From: the human T2T-CHM13v2.0 reference genome, Homo sapiens
DNA length: 64,000 nucleotides
Assembly: GCF_009914755.1 (NCBI RefSeq)
Contig: NC_060926.1
Direction: 5' to 3' (one strand)
Below the pieces are notes generated by a model that made no database searches, was not told where the DNA came from, and saw only the letters and a program-made list of their open reading frames with translations. The translations under genes were made by a program, and so were the position numbers. This document shows positions 48,165 to 64,000 of the stretch, piece by piece. Position 1 is the stretch's first letter. Each line of letters starts with the position of its first letter.

Positions 48165-48369
48165 GAAATTCTGACTCCAAGACTAAGAGGGACAATTCTG
48201 AATTAATTAATTGATTGTAGCTAATCAGATAATACAGATAAATTTAGATGTGTCTAAAATATGTAAATGTACTTTTCTTTTAAGAATTTTAGTCAATGTT
48301 CTGTAACAATTTCTTAAAAGTAGCTAGATTTCTTGATTAATAAAACTTTTTGTGCCAGAAATAATTCCT

Positions 48370-48545
48370 CTGTCATACTCCTCACAACAGCCCTCTATGG
48401 GAGCTGTTATTGTCTTCCATTACCAAAGAGGAAGCAGTTTAAGAACATTTAAGCAATTTGCCTCAAGCTCCAAGACATAGGAAATGGCGGAACAGGGACT
48501 GAAGCCCAGATCTGTCTGATCCAAAGTCTAGACTCTTGACCATGA
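48370..48545 (-). mobile_element. MIR SINE
   Basis: cccagatctgtctgatccaaagtc. Confidence 0.6.
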
Positions 48546-49666
48546 AGCTCTAGGGTCATTCTGGCTTTTTGAACAACTGTACGAAAAATCTTTTCCTTCC
48601 TTCAAAGTCTTATCTCACCCAACCCAATCTCTGCTTCATAGAGGAGTCTGAAACTCAACAACCTACTGGGGACCAGGATGCTAACACAAATGAGTTAATA
48701 TGGGTCATACTTAAGAAAAAACTCACATTGTTCTACGTGTGTAACTTAGCCACTGCTCAGCTTCAGCCAGTTGTTGTCCTGGAAGAAATTAATTCTAGAA
48801 TTACTAGTTCCCCTAATTTTGTAACAGAGGCAGACATCTGGACTTTTGTGAAAAACATCCCAACTTTTAAATGTTGGCAATAAATTTACTTGCTTTTTAA
48901 ACAACATTACATGGTACAACACTGAGCAGGGTAAACTATGTGAGCCATAATTTGAGAGAAAAAAGGAAACGCATTCAGTATCTTCTGGGAGAAAATAAAG
49001 GAGACACATTCAATATCTTTTGGTTTCTGATAGATATCAGTTGGTTTAGATGCAAGTAAATGACTTTCTAGAAAACACAGTAAGGGAAAGGGGCAATGTC
49101 CACAACTCCTTGCTGGAAAAAAAGGTCAGCTCATTAACTAATCAGTCTTAGTTATACATATACCATGAAAGATAACCTTTGATGATCTTAAATCAGATTG
49201 TATGCCTTGATGACAAGGGTTAACATATAAAAATACTTTGTACCAATTACTGCTAATATCTCCTTTGGCAACAAATTCACTGCAGTGATTTAAAACTAAA
49301 TCCAAATTGACTCCTTTATTTATGACAAAAGCTCTCTTATCTGCAGTGGACCAAGGAAGCATTATCAGGTTTGGAGGCAGGTTTTTGTTTTTCCCGCAGG
49401 AATGACAATGTAAATGAAAAGCCTCCCAGGTGAGTTACAGCAAAAAGGAAAAAATTCCTATTTCCTACAATCTCTTTAACTTTGGCTCTCAAATCTCTGA
49501 ACTGCAGATAGGGCTGGAATGTAGAGGCATACTGGGAGTAACAGTGCCAGAATCTATTCAATGGATGTGCTTCTAGGCATATGACTTTTAAAAAGAAGTT
49601 TCCCAATATCACTCAATGGAAAAAAAGATTTATTATTTAACTTTGGGACCTCAGAATAAGTACTGA

Positions 49667-50089
<423 letters not shown>

Positions 50090-51894
50090 CAGCTACATAC
50101 AATTTTTAAAACCACAGTTATCTTTGAAACTTTGTAACTTAAACTCTTTCAGATACATAGCTGCATTTGTAAAGGCATGGCTTTCAAATAATATACACTA
50201 AAAGATCAAAAGAGTGAAAGTAAAGAACAAAAATGTGTTAGAGATTCATTTTCCCTTTGGATTTATGTCTAATACAATTACTTCATTTTCAAGTTAAGGA
50301 AGAATCATAACCCTTCTATCCAAAGCAACTTTGATAGTCATTATTTTGTGTAATGCCCAATATGAAGCTTGATACACAATGAGTAGAGTGTGAGAAGGAA
50401 TTGCTGAACTGTATGGCAAAGATTTTGTAAAATCTAAATTTTAAAAAATATTAGGTCTAAATATTTGCTCTTTGAATTTTTGTCTAGTTTTATTTACTCA
50501 TAGGTGTTTTTTGGTCTGCCTTGAAATGCACAGAGCTGGGACCTAGGCATTTTTGCACACTTTAAATAGGGAGCCAATGGCAGTAAATGATTATATGAAC
50601 CCAATTAAAATGTTGACTAGGGCTGTTGCCACTTCTTAATGTTTCAACTATGTAAGGAGAGCATTTTTCATTCCTAAAATTGACCTACATATTAAAAATA
50701 ATAAATATTTTTCTTATTCCAACCAGAAAAGGAAAAGTGAAATTGAAGGAATTGTTAATACACTTCAAAAGAGTTTTTGAGCAACTCTGGATGCAAAGAA
50801 AAAAAGTAACTTCATATGGTGAGTTGTCATATTAAAAAAAGAAAAAAGCATCCAATGAATGGGAATACAGAATGCTGAGACAACTATCACAATATTTCTA
50901 GAAAGCTGATAGCTATTTTCAGATTTTCTATAATTAATTTCGGTTTTAAAAATCTATAAAACTAGAAGAGCTGCATTTACTCTGGTGGGCCATTAAGGAT
51001 GCCATAGTTTCCATGGTGAAGCATTAATTGAAATTTTTAAAAGTAGAAATCATGGCAGAAGATCAAAGAATGAGAAATTGGTGGTAGGCTGTGGTCAGTT
51101 CCACATCAATAGCATGCAGCCGCCTCCTCCTTCCATTTCTAGATAAAAACCCATTAATTTCCACTCCCTTCTGTGCTAACATTCATTTCAAGAAAAACAC
51201 GTTTGGACCTGCCTCGCACACACATGCCATTCACACTGTGAGGAGCAGAAGTGTAGGAACAGACTGAACATCTGAAATAGCTCTGCTCAATTCAGCTGTG
51301 CATCTGGCACCTCTGCCCCTCCTCCATCCACCTATGAGGTCTTTGCAAGAGACCTTGAGGAGGACTTATCACTCCCTTTACTGCCTGGGGTGAAAAGAAG
51401 ATCAGATAACGGCACATAAAAGGTTATACAGTGGCCAAACAGGGGACAAGCATTTCTAACCCTGAGCTCATGGCAATAACCAGAAACCTACAGGTCCCTG
51501 TATTTTTCCAAATGGTTTGAACGAAAGATTCCCGTGGGGCAGATTTTTATCTGTTACATTTCTGAAATAAATTTGCTGATTTGGGAGAACCGATTTCCAG
51601 GAAGGAGTGAAAGGCCCGCAGGGCATAATTATGACCTTTCTAAAATGTGAGCCTCTGTCCTCCCACTATTTGTTTCAATCCTTCCTTTAATGTGGGTAAA
51701 ACATAGCATCTCAAGGTCTTGCACAGGCATCACTTAGCCAATAGATATACTTCTAAGTGAGCTTTTAAAATTAAAGAGTAAAGCATATACACAAATCATC
51801 AAGTATAGGGTTAAACAAATTTTTCATAAATTAATCCATTTAGCCAGCGCCAGATCAAGAAACAGACCATGATCAGCATCCCAGAAACTCTCTT

Positions 51895-52152
51895 TTTTTA
51901 ATTAATTAATATTTTTTATTATTATACTTTAAGTTCTAGGGTATATGTGCACAATGTGAAGGTTTGTTACATATGTATACATGTGCCATGTTGGTGTGCT
52001 GCACCCATTAACTCGTCATTTACATTAGGTATATCTCCTAATGCTATCCCTCCCTCCTCCCCCAACTCCACAACAGGCCCTGGTGTGTGATGTTCCCCTT
52101 CCTGTGTCCAAGTGTTCTCATTGTTGAATTCCCACCTATGAGTGAGAACATG
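51895..52152 (-). mobile_element. L1PA 3' end fragment nested in an old L1M piece
   Basis: 15-bp TSD cccagaaactctctt at 51880-51894 and 52153-52167. Confidence 0.95.
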
Positions 52153-53199
52153 CCCAGAAACTCTCTTCATGACCCTTTTTGTCACTCCCATCCTATCAGG
52201 GAAGCTAATATTCTGACTTCTAACCACAGAGATTCATTTTAGGAAATATAGTTTTAATGCAATTGAATTGTATCTTTTTGCATACTTAACTCCAGATAAA
52301 ATCTGCAGATATGTATTGGACCAACTTAGTTGTCCCAGACATTTATTATTTGACTACTTGGCTATGCTGAATTCTGCATTGTAAATACCATTTTGGAACA
52401 AAAGACCCCAGATTTAGTCCTGTTCTGCCACTAATTAGTTGGGAGATCTGGGAAGAATCACTTCCCCATTTCGGCCCTTAAATTCCTCTTTGTAAAATAA
52501 GTACATTTAACTAGAAAAGCTATAAGCTCTCTTCTGAAAGAATATACTCTTCAGAATGGAAATATTAAGGACATATTCTTTCAATCATATGTCACTTTCA
52601 ATTATATTTATATAACACCGTACCTATATACCGTTCTTCAAAGACAAATATTTATGAAGGCATTGAACATGCAGTAGTACAAGCATATTGGGGTTTTTGC
52701 CCTCATTCTGTTTCCAGTCTTGTACTAATTCAAGCAAAGAATTAATAAATGGTTAATAATGGAGCGAGGGAACCATGAGACTGAATATTTCTGGGTCATC
52801 AGATGACCTGTCTCAAAAGAACACAAACCCAAGGAAATAGAGGTGCTTACTTAACAGGGCAGCCTGCCCTATCTCTAGATTTGGAGTATCTCTACACTTT
52901 TCCTCTACTCAGTGGGAACTCTTTCTCTTCCCAAAGTACTCACTGCCCTTATCTCTCCCTAACAAAATCTGTTAAGTTTATTCTCATTAATGTGTAAATG
53001 GTTGCCAAGCCTGAATGTTCTCTTTCACAGAAGTGTTTACACTTACCAAGACATTTTGATTTTTAGAAGTGAATCTCTAGTTACAGAATTTCACATATCA
53101 GAGTCAGGGGAGTAGGTCTGCTTTTAGACAAGGAATAACTAAAGTCATCCCACACAGGTAACTATGAAAGCAACCTTTTCTCCTAATGTTGGTGCCCCT

Positions 53200-53350
53200 A
53201 TTAATTGAGCACTTACTACGGGCCAGCTTTGTGCCAAGCCTTTTACACACATTATCTCATTTATTTCCACAGGTAGTATCATTATTGTTGTTTTTATTTC
53301 ACAAATAAAGAAACTGTTAGTATCCAGCCCAAGGGAACACAACAAATAGC
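53200..53350 (-). mobile_element. MIR SINE
   Basis: ttgagcacttact...tttcacaaataaagaaactg. Confidence 0.65.
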
Positions 53351-55315
53351 ACTAAATCCTTCTTTGCATTTCTGAAAGGCCTATTTGACACTGGGTTTAG
53401 CAGCAGTTACCCACTAAAAGCAAAAATAGAAACTAGAGGTCAAAGCTTGCCAGCACAGTCCCAGGTAAGGAACTCATTCTTCTGGATCACTGGTGATGGA
53501 GGTCTGAGAAGCAAGGAAGCAGGCCCTTTTTTTCCTGTTGGTGGCACCTCCACCCCTCCTTTGTGCTGGACCCTTTCAGAGGCTGCATTAATGTTTTCAA
53601 AGCCTCAATAGATTACATGGCAGCCAGACTATAAAGGCCCATTGAAACACTGCTCCAGAAGGCCTGGGGAGCACCCCGCTAGGAGCCCTGACTTCACATC
53701 ATTCCTAGCTAAGATGTTTTTGGAGCTTCTGAGGCCAACAGGGACCTCAGCTGCATATCAAGGCCAGCTTCTGTACATCCAATCAGGGGATAAAACATCC
53801 AACACTCATTCCCTTCTGGACACAGAGCCAGTCATTTCCCTTAACTTTTAGCGGGCAGTGCTGCAGAATCGCTCCAAAGGGGCCTGTTTTATACCATTTG
53901 TAGAATTACAAAGCCCTGAGGCTTTTTGAAAGCCCATTTACTGACCAACGGTTCTAACTACTACGCTGAGAAAGAGACCACAGCTTGGTAACAGATATCC
54001 CCCAGCACTCCACACCCAGGATGTCACTAACGATCCCCAGGGACATGAAACAAGACTCCACAAGTGCTCAAAACCAAATGAATTCAAAACCGAGGCAAAA
54101 CCACCCGCAGTGCCTGGGATGGGAGGGGAAGTTGAAACCCAGCAGCAGAGTGCAACAACTCCAGAAAGCTAGGACTCATCGGCTACCTGTTGAAGGTATA
54201 TCTCAACACATCATGATTACACTGGTTTTAGAAAGAGTACTGGCATTTTGTCCAGAACAGTTTGAATGTCAGTCCAACATAATGGAAGGTGAATTTGCGG
54301 CCACAGCAACATACAGTAATCATTGAGACTCATTTGGGGCATCCCTGTTTATGGGATGAGAGATTCAAGTCTAATCTACTGAATTTGGGAAAATACAAAT
54401 ATGCTCAATTCAGTTAAAGAGCTTAGAAGTAAATGAAATCAAATCTGCATTGTTTTAACCAAACAAGGGATTTTTAAAATTTTACTTACAAATATCCAGC
54501 TTTATCTAATTTTATGATATGTTTTCTTCGGGGCCCTTACAATGCTGTGGTGTGTCTTGGGGGCCATGATATGGCTGTGGCATGGCTAAATGGACCACCA
54601 GCTTCCAAGGAGATTTGTCAGCAAGTGTAAGATAAACAGAAGTCAGAGATATGTTCAAGAGTGTTGGAGGGGTTTGGAAGGAGGAGGAGGAGAAGGGGAA
54701 TCAAAGACTTGCAGACCATGAGAGGTGAGGATGTCCAGCTCCTCTGCGTTCCATTTCCTCTAATCTGGATTGGCATGTCTGACCAAATTCTTGCCTTTGG
54801 TGCCACTTGTAAAATCCTAAAAGATGAGAACATCAGAGCACTATTTAATGTCTTTTTTTAAAGTATGGTCTCAATTCAGAATAAGGCAGATCTACATTAA
54901 CTGATTCAAAGCAATGTCCAAGATACTTTATTAAATGTAAAAAAAAAAAAGTTTCAGAATGGCATGTTGACTATGCCATTTGTGTATTTAAAAACAGAGG
55001 AGCTATGTAGACATAAATGCTTATGTATGTATAGAGTATATCTAGATTCTGGAAGGATGCACTAGAGGGAGGTAATGGTAAGGGAACTGTGAGGCTGAGA
55101 AATCCCCCTATATTATATAACCTTCTGAAGTTTCACCTTTTTCCTAGTTTAAAATGGTAATCATATAATAAAACATACCATTTCACTAAAAGAGCTAGAT
55201 TTTCCAGACAAATATTTGACATATGGAACTTTGAAATTTTACATAGTCAGAACTGTACAGAAATCAAGTCACAAAATAATGTCTTACACAGCTGGCCAAG
55301 CTTATCCCAGAATGA

Positions 55316-55621
<306 letters not shown>

Positions 55622-56151
55622 CAGAATAATTTTAGAACTGCAAATGTAGTGCATTTTTGTTAAAGATGTTTCTTTGGCTGCTATTTTTAGTCTTTTTTTC
55701 CTCCTCAGATTCTCTGAAGATTATAATCTTCATGGTAGTGGACTAGAAATCACAAAGATTTTAAGAGAGAAAATGTGTCCTATTAGCTATAAATAAAATC
55801 ACTCTCCTAACTCTCTCCGGAGAGAATGAGAAAGAAAAGCTGGAGTCATAAAAGAGTGTTCTTTCCCTGTGACTGTGGATCAAGATTGACACCCAGTGGC
55901 CAGATACAATCCTTTTTTTCACTGACATTCTTGCTATATAATTTGACATTTCTAAAATTTCCCTTTATGTTTTAGAGGAAAAAATGATTTAAATCTGTGA
56001 TGTTTACTGAAAGCGAACTGTATCTTAGACAGCCAGGTTAAATTAGTAGGTCTTGTTTCATACATAATTAACAGGTTTATTTCTGTATCCTCTCTGCTTG
56101 CATTTTTTCCTAACATTAAGAAGCAATTTTCATTCGGTTGACAAAACAATG

Positions 56152-56762
<611 letters not shown>

Positions 56763-56987
56763 TGATGAAGTCAATATTTTAGCAAATAAAACTAACATGT
56801 TTAACACAGATTACCAAAGAGAAAAGTCGTGAATTTAAGAATTAGACACATCAAAGTCCAAATTCTAGCTGGGCAATCTTGAGCAAGTCTCTGAATTTTA
56901 CTAAATTTCAATTTCCTCCCTATCGTGAGGATTAAATGAGATGCAAATTTAAAATGCTTATCTTGGTACTTGCATGTATGTTATGAA

Positions 56988-56989
<2 letters not shown>

Positions 56990-57024
<35 letters not shown>
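56990..57024. repeat. (CA)n microsatellite within a MIR 3' end
   Basis: Direct reading. MIR-like sequence at 56840-56985. Confidence 0.9.
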
Positions 57025-57026
<2 letters not shown>

Positions 57027-58206
57027 TATACGTACACGTGGTAGCTATTTTCTGGTAGTTACTACCAGAAAAAGCAAGTTTGTGAAAGTCAAACCCACAT
57101 GAAGAATATATCTCTTCTTGAATCAACTTTATAGTACCTAGTTTGATGGAGAAGAACAGTGACCCCAGATAATCTAAACTTATAAATAATTCAAAAGATC
57201 AAGAAGATGGCCAAACAGGAACAGCTCCCAGTGTGAGCAACGCAGAAGACGTACGATTTCTGCATTTCCAACTGAGGTACTGGGTTCATCTCACTGGGGA
57301 TTGTCGGACAGTGGGTACAGGACAGTGGGTGCAGTGCACTGAGCATAAGCCGAAGCAGGGCGAGGCATCGCCTCACCCAGGAAGCACAAGGGGTCAGGGA
57401 ATTCCCTTTCCTAGCCAAGGAAAGGGGTGACAGACGGCACCTGGAAAATCGGGTCCCTCCCACCCTAATACTGCGCTTTTCTGATGGTCTTAGTAAACGG
57501 CACACCGGGAGTTTATATCCCACGCCTGGCTCAGAGGGTCCTACACCCATGGAGCCTCGCTCATTGCTAGCACAGCAGTCTGAGATCAAACTGCAAGTCA
57601 GCAGCGAGGCTGCGGGAGGGGCGCTCAGAATTGCCAAGGCTTGAGTAGGTAAACAAAGCGGCTGGGAAGCTCGAACTGGGTGGAGCCCACCACAGCTCAA
57701 GGAGGCCTGTCTACCTCTATAGACTCCACCTCTGGGGGCTGGGCATAGCCAAACAAAAGGCAGCGGAAACCTCTGCAGACTTAAATGTCCCTGTCTGACA
57801 GCTTTGAAAAGAGTAGTGGTTCTCCCAGCACGCAGCTTGAGATCTGAGAACGGACAGACTGCCTCCTCAAGTAGGTCCCCGACCCCCAAGTAGCCTAACT
57901 GGGAGGCACCCCCAAGTAGGGGCAGACTGACACCTCACACGGCCGGGTACTCCTCTGAGACAAAACTTCCAGAGGAATGATCAGGCAGCAACATTTGCTG
58001 TTCACCAATATCTGCTGTTCTGCAGCCTCCGCTGCTGATACCCAGGCAAACAGGGTCTGGAGTGGACCTCCAGCAAACTCCAAAAGACCTGCAGCCGAGG
58101 GTTCTGTCTGTTAGAAGGAAAACTAACAAACAGAAATGACATCCACACCAAAAACCCATCAGTACGTCACCATCATCAAAGACCAAAGGTAGATAAAACC
58201 ACAAAG

Positions 58207-59220
58207 ATGGGGAAAAAACAGAGCAGAAAAGCTGAAAATTCTAAAAATCAGAGTGTCTCTCCTCCTCCAAAGGAACGCAGCTCCTCACCAGCAACGGAAC
58301 AAACCTGGACAGAGAATGACTTTGACAAGTTGAGAGAAGGAGGCTTCAGATGATCAAACTATTCCAAGCTAAAGGAGGAAGTTCGAACCAATGGCAAACA
58401 AGTTAAAAACCTTGAAAAAAATTAGACAAATGGCTAACTAGAATAACCAATGCAGAGAAGTCCTTAAAGGACCTGATGGAGCTGAAAACCATGGCACGAG
58501 AACTACGTGACAAATGCACAAGCCTCAGTAGCTGATTCGATCAACTGGAAGAAAGGGTATCAGTGATGGAAGATGAAATGAAAGAAATGAAGCAAGAAGA
58601 GAAGTTTAGAGAAAAAGCAATAAAAAGAAACGAACAAAGCCTCCAAGAAATATGGGACTATGTGAAAAGACCAAATCTACATCTGATTGGTGTACCTGAA
58701 AGTGACGGGGAGAATGGAACCAAGTTGGAAAACACTCTGCAGGATATTATCCAGGAGAACTTCCCCAATCTAGCAAGGCAGGCCAACATTCACATTCAGG
58801 AAATACAGAGAACACCACAAAGATACTCCTCGAGAAGAGCAACTCCAAGACACATAATTGTCAGATTCAACAAAGTTGAAATGAAGAAAAAATGTTAAGG
58901 GCAGCCAGAGAGAAAGGTCGGGTTACCCACAAAGGGAAGCCCATCAGACTAACAGCTGATCTCTCGGCAGAAACTCTACAAGCCAGAAGAGAGTGGGGGC
59001 CAATATTCAACATTCTTAAAGAAAGAATTTTCAACCCAGAATTTCATATCCAGCCAAACTAAGCTTCATAAGTGAAGGACAAATAAAATCCTTTACAGAC
59101 AAGCAAATGCTGAGAGATTTTGTCACCACCAGGCCTGCCCTAAAGGAGCTCCTGAAGGAAGCACTAAACATGGAAAGGAACAACTGGTACCAGCCACTGC
59201 AAAAACATGCCAAATTGTAA
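58207..59220 (+). pseudogene. L1 ORF1 (disrupted)
   Basis: ATGGGGAAAAAACAG start and TAA at 59218-59220. CGA>TGA stop near 58350 plus frameshifts; only fragment 58563-58898 is open. Confidence 0.92.
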
Positions 59221-59268
59221 AGACCATCGTGGCTAGGAAGACACTGCATCAACTAACGAGCAAAATAA

Positions 59269-63080
<3,812 letters not shown>

Positions 63081-63343
63081 ACAATGAGAACACACAGACA
63101 CAGGAAGGGGAACATCACACACTGGGGCCTGTTGTGGGAAGGAGGGAGCGGGGAGGGATAGCATTAGGAGATATACCTAATGTTAAATGACGAGTTAATG
63201 GGTGCAGCACACCAATATGGCACATGTATACATATGTAACAAACCTGCATATTGTGCACATGTACCCTAAAACTTAAAGTATAATAATAAAAAAAAAGAT
63301 CAAACAATCTAAATAGAGTCATTTACACTGGATTTGTATTATG

Positions 63344-63651
<308 letters not shown>

Positions 63652-64000
63652 TATTATACACTTTTAATGGCCTATTTACTGCCACAATCACTTTTTTATC
63701 AAAAATTAAAATTAGATGAAAACTCAAAGCTCTCCACATTCTTCGCCTTTCAGGAAAGAAAAAAACATGTAGTACATACCCTACAAACCTCCATATATGA
63801 TGTGTGTAAATTAACTTATTTATAAATCACGTACACATGCTATTTTACTACATATTATGTACATTGTAAAATATGTCCCCAAATAGAAATTTTTCAGTAT
63901 AAGATACATATAAATCAAAATGGAGGCAATTCCCTTCTCCTCCTGAATGGAGTATCTTGCACATGCCTGAGGTGGGTACCCCCTATTCTGGAAGCTATTA

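Overview
Primate, almost certainly human, genomic DNA covering the 5' end of LRP2 (megalin) on the minus strand. The only recognisable protein-coding sequence is LRP2 exon 1: ATG at 20399, 79 coding nt giving the signal peptide [26 protein letters not shown], with a phase-1 GTAAG donor at 20320. Positions 1-20320 are intron 1; I see no exon 2 in the window. Positions ~19700-22660 hold a bipartite CpG-island promoter flanked by CT, CA and GT repeats. The remaining ~41 kb is repeat-rich upstream DNA: Alus, MIRs, L2, LTR and MER fragments, old L1M, a 5'-truncated L1PA and a near full-length inactive L1PA3/4-type element. I found no convincing new biological system. The most interesting observations are small. 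They include a 230-bp templated insertion into an L2, a probable mini-L1 3'-transduction inside an Alu, a twin-primed L1 and local duplications. Two tandem uORFs lie in the long LRP2 leader, and there are candidate upstream alternative first exons, an L1 antisense promoter facing LRP2, and RFX/HNF4/HNF1 motifs. Repeat subfamily names are recognised by eye, and the boundaries of old elements are approximate.
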